Shown here: in pieces, positions 8,766-16,120 of the stretch
How the letters are laid out: each line of letters begins with the position of its first letter
Numbering within the stretch: the first letter of the stretch is position 1
Origin: Chloroflexota bacterium
GTDB taxonomy: Bacteria; Chloroflexota; Limnocylindria; Limnocylindrales; CSP1-4
Assembly: GCA_029240655.1 (NCBI GenBank)
Contig: JARDZW010000001.1
Location: forward strand, 1-54,526
Direction: 5' to 3'
DNA length: 54,526 nt
Position numbers and translations under genes: made by a program
Notes under the pieces: model-generated
Seen by the model: only the letters and a program-made list of their open reading frames with translations
What the model was told of the DNA's origin: nothing
Database searches by the model: none

Positions 8766-8839
8766 GAGCCGGGTGATCCGGGCAGCGTCGTCCGGATCGA
8801 GGTCGGTCGCCCGGACGATCCGGGCCGACCAGGCTGGAT

Positions 8840-9697
8840 CTATGCCGCTTCCTCCAGGCCGATGGCCTTCTCACCCTCTGGGAAGCGAGCCACGAAGCGA
8901 CGCGACAGCGTTTGCACGAGGACGAACACGATGAGGAACTCGAGGGTCTTGTCGATCGGGTCCTGGAGCAGGCCTTGCTGCAGCACCGCGGTCTGGAGAT
9001 CGGACCCGGCCTGTTGGAACGCGGCCACGAGGAGATCGGACCCGGAGCCGGTCACGCCGCCGAACACGACGGCAGAGATCGGGGCCGAGATGAGCGCCGA
9101 GATGATGCCGACGATCAGCCCTGCGATGGCGACGTAGGCGACCCCGACGTCGCGACGGACGAAGAGCAGCACGAGCAGCCCGATGATCGAGGCGATGATC
9201 CCGATCGCGATCACGTAGCCGAGAGCGACGAAGAACGGCGACGCCGTGGACGTATCGCCGAAGAACGTGAAGTCCGCGCCGGCATAGAACGGGAGGAAGC
9301 CGTAGTAGCCGATCCCGCCAAGGACGACGACCACCAGCAGGGCGGCCAGGGCGATCCGTCCCCAACTGGCGTTCGGCCGGCTGCGGAAGAAGCCGATCTG
9401 TGCGAAAACGCCGGACAGGAACCCGATCTCGGCCGCCACGATGGCGAACGGCGCGGCGTAGGCCGACTGCAGCGGTGGTGGCAGCACGTAGGTCCAGATC
9501 AGGTTGGTGAGCAGCCCGGTGACGAGCCCCGGGATCGGGCCACCGAGCACGCCGACGAGGATGGTCCCGATGGAATCGAGGTAGATCGGGATCTTGAGCA
9601 CGCTCCCGACGGTCTGGCCCAGGACGATGTTGATGGCGATGGCGATCGGGATGAGGACGATCGTCCTCGTATCGAACCTGCCCCAGCTGAAGCCCAT
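8840..9697 (-). CDS. ECF transporter substrate-capture (S) component, unusually long (285 aa), substrate unknown
   Basis: True start is ATG 9697 (MGFSWGRFDTRTIVLIPIAIAINIVLGQ...), preceded by GGAGG. The N-terminal 340 aa of track ORF 8840..10723 are an out-of-frame overlap with the nucleoside hydrolase. The product is all-hydrophobic and polytopic. The gene order S-T-A-A' is typical of dedicated (group I) ECF systems. Confidence 0.75.
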   Translation of the reverse strand: MGFSWGRFDTRTIVLIPIAIAINIVLGQTVGSVLKIPIYLDSIGTILVGVLGGPIPGLVTGLLTNLIWTYVLPPPLQSAYAAPFAIVAAEIGFLSGVFAQIGFFRSRPNASWGRIALAALLVVVVLGGIGYYGFLPFYAGADFTFFGDTSTASPFFVALGYVIAIGIIASIIGLLVLLFVRRDVGVAYVAIAGLIVGIISALISAPISAVVFGGVTGSGSDLLVAAFQQAGSDLQTAVLQQGLLQDPIDKTLEFLIVFVLVQTLSRRFVARFPEGEKAIGLEEAA

Positions 9698-9759
9698 GGT
9701 GTGTGTGCCTCCACTCCCTCGCATGTGGACCCCGCGATGGGTCGCGCTACCCTCCGCGC

Positions 9760-10830
9760 CTAGCGTGCCACGTTCACACGGTCCGCCGCCAGCCCTCCGA
9801 GAAGTTCGATGAGCCGGTCCAGGAACGTCGCGACGTCCGCGCTCCTCGCCACGTCGAGGTTCGCGGCCCGGCCGGTGAGCCTCCGGCGGTCTGCGACGGT
9901 CATGCCGGTCGTGATCTCGCCGCGGGTCTCGACGTCGACGAACAGTGCCTCCGTTTCGACGAGCGAGCGGTCCAGGGTGGCCGCCACGGCCAGGGGATCG
10001 TGGATGAACGCGCCGTAGAACCCGTCGTAGCGCTGGTGGAACTCGAAATAGAAGCGCAGTGCGTCGGCCACGTAGCGGACGATCGGATCGGATGCCACGG
10101 AACGTTGTGGCGCCATCGGGTCGTCGCCGCCCTCCAGGGCCATCGACTCGTCTGGCGTGCTGCCGGACCGGCGCGCCAGAAGGACGATGTGCGCTGGCTC
10201 GATACGGGCCTGCTCGGTGACATCCAGCCCGAGAGCCAGCGGCCTCGGGATCGATGGATCCTCGTCCATGGCATCCGCCCAGGCACGGAACACGATCTTG
10301 GCTGCCTCCGGGTCGCAATGGATGTTCCACTCGGTCGTCGGGGTCGTGTTGCCTGACGTTCCGAACGCCCCGCCCATCAGCGCGTAGCCCTTGAGGAGCC
10401 TGGGCAGGGCCGGCTCGCGCAGGACCGCCAGCGCAAGGTTGGTGAGCGGACCGAGCGTCACGAGCGTGATCTCGCCGGGCCGTCGCCTCGCCTCGTCGAG
10501 GATGAGGTCCACGGCATGACGGTCGCTCAGAGGCTGGCTCGGCGAGGGAAGCTGTGCGTGGCCCAATCCCTGCGGGCCGTGGGTCTCGGGCGTGGTCTCG
10601 AGCGGCCGGACGAGCGGGATCTGGCGACCCATGGCCACTTCGACGTCCGTTCGGCCGGCGAGCTCCAGGACCGCACGCGTGTTGATCCCGACCTGCTCCG
10701 CATCGATGTTGCCCGAGACGCACGTCGCCGCGATGAGATCGGCGTCCGGCGAGGCCGCGGCGTAGAGCAGTGCAAGGCTGTCGTCGATACCCGTGTCGAC
10801 ATCCAGGATGAGGGGAAGGGGCGTGGGCAC
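9760..10830 (-). CDS. Nucleoside hydrolase (inosine/uridine-preferring, IUNH family)
   Basis: N-terminal fingerprint 'LILDVDTGIDDSLAL' (DxDxxxDD Ca2+/ribose site). 356 aa, GTG start at 10830. Confidence 0.88.
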   Translation of the reverse strand: MPTPLPLILDVDTGIDDSLALLYAAASPDADLIAATCVSGNIDAEQVGINTRAVLELAGRTDVEVAMGRQIPLVRPLETTPETHGPQGLGHAQLPSPSQPLSDRHAVDLILDEARRRPGEITLVTLGPLTNLALAVLREPALPRLLKGYALMGGAFGTSGNTTPTTEWNIHCDPEAAKIVFRAWADAMDEDPSIPRPLALGLDVTEQARIEPAHIVLLARRSGSTPDESMALEGGDDPMAPQRSVASDPIVRYVADALRFYFEFHQRYDGFYGAFIHDPLAVAATLDRSLVETEALFVDVETRGEITTGMTVADRRRLTGRAANLDVARSADVATFLDRLIELLGGLAADRVNVAR

Positions 10831-10839
10831 GCGGCGATG

Positions 10840-11352
10840 CTAGCGGACGGCGTCGGCGTGCGTACGGATGGCCTCGACGAGCTCCGCCGGCGGATTCGTG
10901 GCGTCAACCCTGAGGTCGGCGACCTCACGCAGGGCCGGGGTACGCTCGACCGCCTGTCGCTCGAGTACCTCGGCCATGTCCGGGCCGATGGCCGGCCGGT
11001 GGTCGTCCGGTTTCAGGCGCGCGGCGAGGGCGGCGGGACTCGCATCGAGCCACACAACGAGGTGCCGCGGGTCGCGCAGGGCAGACCGGCTCGCCGGGTC
11101 GTCGAGGGTGCTCGCCGCGGGGCTGATGACGGTCGTGCCGGGCTGCGCGAGCGCCTCTTGCAGGTGGCGGGCCTCCAGCGCGTGCAGGGCGTCGATGCCG
11201 TCGCGCGCAGCGTGCTGGCGGCCGGTCAACCCGGTCTCGCGTTCGATGTCGGTGTCGGAGTCGCGATGCGGCACGCCGAGCGCGGCGGCGAGCTCGGCTC
11301 CGACCGTGGTCTTGCCGCTTCCCATCAGCCCGACCAGCACGATGTGGCCCAT
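10840..11352 (-). CDS. Shikimate-kinase-family P-loop kinase, divergent (substrate probably not shikimate)
   Basis: 'MGHIVLVGLMGSGKTTVG' Walker A plus 'DSDTDIE' (the DxD of AroK) and overall collinearity with AroK. However, the 'GGG' shikimate loop reads 'SPAAS' and the 'FR' Arg reads 'LH'. GTG 11367 is an alternative start. Confidence 0.7.
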   Translation of the reverse strand: MGHIVLVGLMGSGKTTVGAELAAALGVPHRDSDTDIERETGLTGRQHAARDGIDALHALEARHLQEALAQPGTTVISPAASTLDDPASRSALRDPRHLVVWLDASPAALAARLKPDDHRPAIGPDMAEVLERQAVERTPALREVADLRVDATNPPAELVEAIRTHADAVR

Positions 11353-11373
11353 GCGATGAGTGTGCACCTTCGG

Positions 11374-11922
11374 CTACGGCCGGCACAGCTCGAGGCGCCA
11401 GACCGATCGGGCGCCTCCGGCCGCGCCGAGGCGCCGTGCCCAGGAGGAACGGGACGCCGCGACCTCACCGCTAGTGGCGCGGCGCATCGACACGAGATCG
11501 ATGCCGGCCGTCGCCCACGCGTCGCAGATGACCGGCTCCCAGCTCGCATCGAGCGACGAGATGCCCTCGATCCGGTCCGCGGGCATGACGGACGCGAGGA
11601 CTTCGATCCGGCCGCCGCGCGCGGGGAGCGCCGCGATACCGGCCAGGGCGCACGCGTCCAGGCCGAGCACGCCACGGAGCAGCGAACCCCAGGGGAACGC
11701 GACGGTGACCAGGTCCATCTGGCCGGCGAGCGGCGTGTCCGCGAGCGTCTCGGCGCCGGCGGCGAGGAAGATGGCGTTCGCCGGACCACGCCGCGCCGCG
11801 CGCCCGGATGCCTCGGCCATCGCGGTCGTGGCCGCGTCCACGCCGAGAACCAGGGAGCCAGGCTCGGTGCGTGCCCGGGCGAGGGCCGCGCGGCCGTCAC
11901 CGGTACCGATATCGGCGACCAC
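11374..11922 (-). CDS. KamB/NpmA-family 16S rRNA (adenine1408-N1)-methyltransferase homologue, N-terminally short
   Basis: SAM motif I 'DIGTGDG' comes 3 codons after GTG 11922. 'FPWGSLLRGVLG' is almost identical to KamB 'MPWGSLLRGVLG' (NpmA 'FPWGTLLEYV'). C-terminal 'SSWARRL' compares with KamB 'TSWTRRL' and NpmA 'SLWAKRL'. All comparison sequences are from memory. An in-frame TAA at 11953-11955 caps any N-terminal extension. Confidence 0.7.
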   Translation of the reverse strand: MVADIGTGDGRAALARARTEPGSLVLGVDAATTAMAEASGRAARRGPANAIFLAAGAETLADTPLAGQMDLVTVAFPWGSLLRGVLGLDACALAGIAALPARGGRIEVLASVMPADRIEGISSLDASWEPVICDAWATAGIDLVSMRRATSGEVAASRSSWARRLGAAGGARSVWRLELCRP

Positions 11923-12011
11923 CCGGTCGGACCGGGCGATCAGGTTGGAGACTTAGCCGACGTCCACTTCCGTGACGCGCCGGCCGATGACCTGTCGCAT
12001 GGGCGGCAGTC

Positions 12012-12017
12012 TACACT
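12012..12017 (+). promoter_or_regulatory. -10-like hexamer TACACT, 6 nt upstream of the purK GTG (leaderless pattern)
   Basis: 'cTACACTcgggccGTG' read directly. No Shine-Dalgarno sequence fits in the 6-nt spacer. Confidence 0.45.
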
Positions 12018-12023
12018 CGGGCC

Positions 12024-13223
12024 GTGAGCCTGCCATCGATCGCCCCGCCCGCGACGATCGGTATCCTGGGGGGCGGACAGCTGGGCCGGATGCTGGCCAT
12101 CGCCGCACGGTCGATGGGCTACCGGATCGCGGTGATGGACCCCGACCCGGACTGCCCTACGGCCGCCCTCGCCGACCGCCAGGTCGTCGCCGGATACGAC
12201 GACGTCGGCGGTGCCCTGCGCCTGGCCGCATCGAGTGACGTCGTGACGTACGAGCTGGAGCACGTGGCGGTCGCCATCGTGGATGCGTTGGAGGGCGTCG
12301 TCCCGGTTCGGCCGGGTCGGCTGCCGCTGCTCGTGACCCAGGATCGCATCGCCGAGCGCCGCTTCGTGGAGGAGGCGGGGGCGACGGTCGCGCCCTGGCG
12401 CGAGGTCCGGACGACGGACGACCTGCGGCAGGCGGCCGGGGAGCTCGGGCTGCCATTGCGCGTCAAGGCCACCACCGGTGGGTACGACGGCCGGAGCCAG
12501 ATCAGGGTCGGTGCCGCCGCTGACATCGATGGCGCGCTCGAGCGGCTCGGCCGCCCACCCGGCGACCTCCTCCTCGCCGAGGCCGAGATGGCATTCGACC
12601 TGGAGGTGTCGATCATCGTGGCCCGCGGCGTGGACGGCCGGTCGGCGGCCTACCCGCTGGCGCGCAACACCCACGACGCGGGGATCCTGGCGGAGTCGGT
12701 GGCGCCCGCACCGGTCCCTGCCGAGGCTGCCGAGCGCGCCGCCGACCTGGGGGAGCGACTGGCGGTCGCGATGGGCATGGTCGGCACGCTCACGGCCGAG
12801 CTGTTCCTGATGCCGGACGGCCAGCTCGTGGTCAACGAGCTCGCGCCGCGAGTCCATAACAGCGGCCACTGGACGATCGAGGGTGCCGCGACATCGCAGT
12901 TCGAGCAGCACATCCGCGCGATCTGCGCGTTACCACTCGGTTCGACGGCAGCCCTGGCCCCGACGGCGATGGTCAACCTGCTCGGCACGGGTCGGCGGCG
13001 CGTCGCGCGCATGGAGGTCGGCGAGATCGGCGCCGCGCTCGCGGATGCGGCCGTCCACCTCCACCTCTACGACAAGCGGGGCGTCTTCGAACGTCGCAAG
13101 ATGGGGCACCTGACGGCGGTCGGCTCGTCGGTCGAGGACGCGCTCGCGCGGGCACGGGCCGCAGCTGTGCACGTGTGCTGGGCGGACGACACGGTCGATG
13201 TCGGAAAGGAGGGCCAAGGGTGA
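12024..13223 (+). CDS. purK: N5-carboxyaminoimidazole ribonucleotide synthase
   Basis: '[14 protein letters not shown]' ATP-grasp N-terminus and 'RVHNSGHWT' motif. Its stop overlaps the purE start (GTGA at 13220-13223). Confidence 0.9.
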   Translation: MSLPSIAPPATIGILGGGQLGRMLAIAARSMGYRIAVMDPDPDCPTAALADRQVVAGYDDVGGALRLAASSDVVTYELEHVAVAIVDALEGVVPVRPGRLPLLVTQDRIAERRFVEEAGATVAPWREVRTTDDLRQAAGELGLPLRVKATTGGYDGRSQIRVGAAADIDGALERLGRPPGDLLLAEAEMAFDLEVSIIVARGVDGRSAAYPLARNTHDAGILAESVAPAPVPAEAAERAADLGERLAVAMGMVGTLTAELFLMPDGQLVVNELAPRVHNSGHWTIEGAATSQFEQHIRAICALPLGSTAALAPTAMVNLLGTGRRRVARMEVGEIGAALADAAVHLHLYDKRGVFERRKMGHLTAVGSSVEDALARARAAAVHVCWADDTVDVGKEGQG

Positions 13224-13723
13224 GCTGGGACGTCGCGGGACCCCCACAGGTCGGGGTCGTCGGCGGTAGCCGTTCGGACTTCCCCGTCCTCGAGCAGGCC
13301 TGCGCGGTCCTGATGGAGCTCGAGGTCGGGTCCGAGCTGCGCGTCGTGTCGGCCCATCGAACGCCCGACGAGCTGTTCCGATACGCAGACGAGGCCGCGG
13401 GTCGGGGGATCCGCGTCATCGTGGCCGGCGCGGGCGGGGCGGCCCACCTGCCCGGGATGCTCGCCGCGAAGACGATCCTGCCGGTGATCGGGGTACCGAT
13501 CCCGACGCAACACCTGGGCGGGATGGATTCGTTGCTGTCGATCGTGCAGATGCCGCGTGGCATCCCGGTCGCGACCGTGGCCATCGGCAACGCGACGAAC
13601 GCCGGGCTCCTTGCGGCCGCGATCCTCGCGCTGTCGGACGAGGCGCTGGCAGCCCGGCTGGCCGCCTGGCGCGCGGCGCAGACCCAGGGCGTCCTGGACG
13701 ACCCCTCGAACGCCGGGAGCTGA
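13220..13723 (+). CDS. purE: N5-CAIR mutase (class I PurE)
   Basis: '[13 protein letters not shown]', 'SAHRTP' and '[10 protein letters not shown]' motifs. The start is internal to track ORF 13175..13723, at the GTG that overlaps the purK stop. Confidence 0.9.
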   Translation: MSWDVAGPPQVGVVGGSRSDFPVLEQACAVLMELEVGSELRVVSAHRTPDELFRYADEAAGRGIRVIVAGAGGAAHLPGMLAAKTILPVIGVPIPTQHLGGMDSLLSIVQMPRGIPVATVAIGNATNAGLLAAAILALSDEALAARLAAWRAAQTQGVLDDPSNAGS

Positions 13724-13769
13724 GCGGGCACTGCGGGAGCTGAACCCCGCGCCCCTCGCGCTCCGCGAG

Positions 13770-14534
13770 TCAGGCGGACGCGACCGTCCCCGGCGGTGCA
13801 GACCGGCTGCGATGCTCGGCCAGGTGGAACGCGATGTCCATCAACGTCTTGAGCACGACGAGGATCGCCAGGGCCGCGGCGGGCGCCCCCGTGAAGGCGA
13901 TGGCCATCCCCCCGACGATGATCGTGATGTGCAGAACGACCAGCCGGCCGTACGGCACGAACATCTGGCCCGCCGGCGAGGTCCGCCGGTACTCGCCACG
14001 ACCGAGGTAGTTGAACCAGTACGACAGGCCGTGGCTGATCGCGAGGGCGATGACAGCCAGCAGGATCGCGCCAGGCTCGAACCCGCTGGTCATGTCCATG
14101 CGCGCCGTCGGAAACGGCGCGAAGACTCCATCGACGGATTCACCATCAAGCGGTCCAAAGGGCTCGACGGTATCGAAGCCATCCCCGATGCCCGCGAACA
14201 GGGGCAGCGTCAGCACGAAGATCCCGTGGACGAACCAGAAGATGCCGTAATGGATCACGAAGAATCCGGCGATCCCGGCGCGGCCAACGGCGGCCATCGG
14301 CTTGCCGTTCATCCGCCAGTCGCTCGTCGGGTCCGCGGGGCCCTCGGCGCGCAGGATCTTGAGGACGTTGAAGAAGCCGACGACCCCGTTCTCGAGCCAG
14401 TACACGATCAGGATCATCCACACGTTCCAGCCGAAGAAGATCGCGCCGACCAGCGGGATGGCGTTCGCGACGATCAGCGCGACGACGGCTCCGGTGGAAG
14501 AAGCGACGCGGTACCAGCCCACGATCCGATCCAC
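13770..14534 (-). CDS. Polytopic membrane protein, DUF6498-like (family assigned from memory)
   Basis: 254 aa, GTG start, about 7 hydrophobic segments. 'IVYWLENGVVGFFNVLKIL' resembles the YWxEN signature I associate with DUF6498. Confidence 0.6.
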   Translation of the reverse strand: MDRIVGWYRVASSTGAVVALIVANAIPLVGAIFFGWNVWMILIVYWLENGVVGFFNVLKILRAEGPADPTSDWRMNGKPMAAVGRAGIAGFFVIHYGIFWFVHGIFVLTLPLFAGIGDGFDTVEPFGPLDGESVDGVFAPFPTARMDMTSGFEPGAILLAVIALAISHGLSYWFNYLGRGEYRRTSPAGQMFVPYGRLVVLHITIIVGGMAIAFTGAPAAALAILVVLKTLMDIAFHLAEHRSRSAPPGTVASA

Positions 14535-14590
14535 GGGCGCGATGCTACCTCAGCCGACAACGAGCCCTGGCGGGGCCGGGCAGGCGATGG

Positions 14591-15508
14591 TCATGCGTCC
14601 CCGGGCGTTCGCTCCGACTTGTCGCCGGCCGCGGGCGCATCAACCCTGACGGTCCGCTCCTCGGCTCCGCGCACGACCCCGACCTCGAACGGCGGCTCGA
14701 GCCCACCGAGCGCGTCGAACAGGTCGTCGGCATCGCGAATCGGCTTGCCACCCGCGGACACGATCAGGTCGCCACCCTCGATACCGGCGGCCTCGGCGAG
14801 CGAGCCCTCCTCGACCCCGCGCACGAGGATCCCCTCGCGCTCGGGCAGCCCGACCGAACGCCGCAGCCGGCGCGCCACGTGCGACGGTGCGATCGCGACG
14901 CCCAGCCGCAGCCGCTTCGCCGATTCCCCACGGCCCAGCGCATCCACGCGCGTTCGGAGCGCACCATCGGCGGGCAGGGCCAGGTAGAAGCCCTCGCCGA
15001 TCCGGTTCGTATTCAGCCCGAGGAACTTCCCGGCCGCATCCACGATCGCGCCACCGGAGGAGCCGGGCGCCAACGGCGCCGTGTGCTCGACGCTTCCGGC
15101 GATCCGCCGGCCGCCCGGGCCGCGGAACGAGCGCGACACGGACGACACGAGCCCGAACGTGACACGTACGTCGCCGCCGAACGTGGCCGCGACCCCGAAC
15201 ACGGGCGCCCCGACCGCGAGCCCGTCGCCGGCCCCCCAGTCGATCGCGCGCGCGCCGGCCGTGTCGACCGCCACGACCGCCAGGTCGCCGTCCGGGTCGA
15301 CGCCGGTCACGGTCCCTCGCGTGGAGCGGCCGTCGGCGAACGTGACGGTGACCTCGCCACCGCGCAGGTTATGGGCATTGGTCAGGACCTGGCCGTCAGC
15401 GATGACGACGCCGGACCCGCGGGCATTGCGGCCGATGGTGACGATGGACGGACCGGCCGCGGCGGCGACGGTCGCGACCGCCGAACCGATCTCTTCGATA
15501 GCGCTCAT
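14591..15508 (-). CDS. Trypsin-like serine protease with C-terminal PDZ domain (S1C/HtrA-like), no signal peptide or TM anchor
   Basis: Catalytic triad contexts 'TNAHNL', 'DLAVV' and 'GSSGGA'. PDZ-like 'GILVRGVEEGSLAEAAGIEGGDLIVSAGGKPI'. AGGAG lies 9 nt upstream of ATG 15508. The N-terminus 'MSAIEEIGSAVATV' is not hydrophobic enough for export. Confidence 0.82.
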   Translation of the reverse strand: MSAIEEIGSAVATVAAAAGPSIVTIGRNARGSGVVIADGQVLTNAHNLRGGEVTVTFADGRSTRGTVTGVDPDGDLAVVAVDTAGARAIDWGAGDGLAVGAPVFGVAATFGGDVRVTFGLVSSVSRSFRGPGGRRIAGSVEHTAPLAPGSSGGAIVDAAGKFLGLNTNRIGEGFYLALPADGALRTRVDALGRGESAKRLRLGVAIAPSHVARRLRRSVGLPEREGILVRGVEEGSLAEAAGIEGGDLIVSAGGKPIRDADDLFDALGGLEPPFEVGVVRGAEERTVRVDAPAAGDKSERTPGDA

Positions 15509-15540
15509 TCGGAAGGACTCCTATGGTGCCGGGGAAGGTG

Positions 15541-15563
15541 GTAACTTGTAACTTGCAAGTTAC
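15541..15563. promoter_or_regulatory. Operator-like element: perfect 16-bp palindrome GTAACTTGCAAGTTAC (15548-15563) preceded by an extra direct half-site GTAACTT (15541-15547)
   Basis: Read directly. It is an AT-rich island in the 70-bp divergent region between the protease (start 15508) and hxlR (start 15579). Confidence 0.6.
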
Positions 15564-15578
15564 TACTGACATGACGGC

Positions 15579-16037
15579 ATGACAAGTCCCCGGCTCCGAT
15601 TACCATCGACGCGCATGACCGACAGTCCACCTCTTCCGCTCGAAGCCGCGCTAGATCGTGTCGGCGACCGCTGGAGCCTGCTCATGGTGGAGGCGCTGCT
15701 CGACGGTCCACGTCGCTTCGGCGAGCTCACCGAGACCCTTCCCGGCATCGCCCCGAATATCCTGACCGACCGCCTGCGGCGGCTCGAACGCGCGGGCATC
15801 GTCCGATCGAGCCCGTACCAGGAGCGCCCTACTCGCCTCGCCTACGACCTGACCGCCGATGGCCGCGACCTCGCCTCTGCCCTGCGCCTGCTCGCCGATT
15901 GGGGCAGTCGCGGCGGGAGCGACGCGGAACCGCTGCGCCACCTCACCTGTGGCACCGCCCTCGAAGCCCGCTGGTTCTGCCCGACATGCGAGGCCGCCGT
16001 GGACTCCACCGAAGCGCCGGGAGACCGGCTGCTCTGA
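15579..16037 (+). CDS. HxlR-family winged-helix transcriptional regulator with a Cys-rich C-terminal tail
   Basis: 'LDRVGDRWSLLMVEALLDGPRRFGELTETLPGIAPNILTDRLRRLERAGIV' is the typical HxlR core. The tail 'HLTCGTALEARWFCPTCE' is not typical. ATG 15615 is an alternative start. Confidence 0.82.
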   Translation: MTSPRLRLPSTRMTDSPPLPLEAALDRVGDRWSLLMVEALLDGPRRFGELTETLPGIAPNILTDRLRRLERAGIVRSSPYQERPTRLAYDLTADGRDLASALRLLADWGSRGGSDAEPLRHLTCGTALEARWFCPTCEAAVDSTEAPGDRLL

Positions 16038-16108
16038 TCGATCTGACCGGGACGAAGGGGCACCCATCACCGGTACGGATTTCGTGGGGGCGGCGGCCGC
16101 AACCGGCC

Positions 16109-16114
16109 TAGGAT
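16109..16114 (+). promoter_or_regulatory. -10-like hexamer TAGGAT, 6 nt upstream of the ftsZ GTG (leaderless pattern)
   Basis: 'ccTAGGATcaaccgGTG'. The TAG inside the hexamer is also the in-frame stop that bounds the ORF. Alternative reading: AGGA acting as a weak SD 7 nt from the GTG. Confidence 0.4.
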
Positions 16115-16120
16115 CAACCG

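Noticed and set aside
5130-9137. Very long antisense ORFs, for example 5130..6554 (474 aa) and 7368..9137 (589 aa). The same applies to 1046..2371, 10516..12027, 19210..21138, 20840..22234, 22244..23941, 28580..30361, 33167..34588 and 48889..50049.
   Set aside because: They are typical high-GC shadow ORFs: Arg/Pro/Gly/Ala-dominated, without recognisable motifs. Each lies opposite to, or out of frame with, a gene that has clear family signatures.
8840-10723. 627-aa track ORF that appears to fuse the ECF S component to a long N-terminal region
   Set aside because: The first ~340 codons are Arg/Pro/Gly-rich low complexity lying out of frame over the well-supported nucleoside hydrolase (9760..10830). 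A GGAGG-led ATG at 9697 starts the hydrophobic S component.
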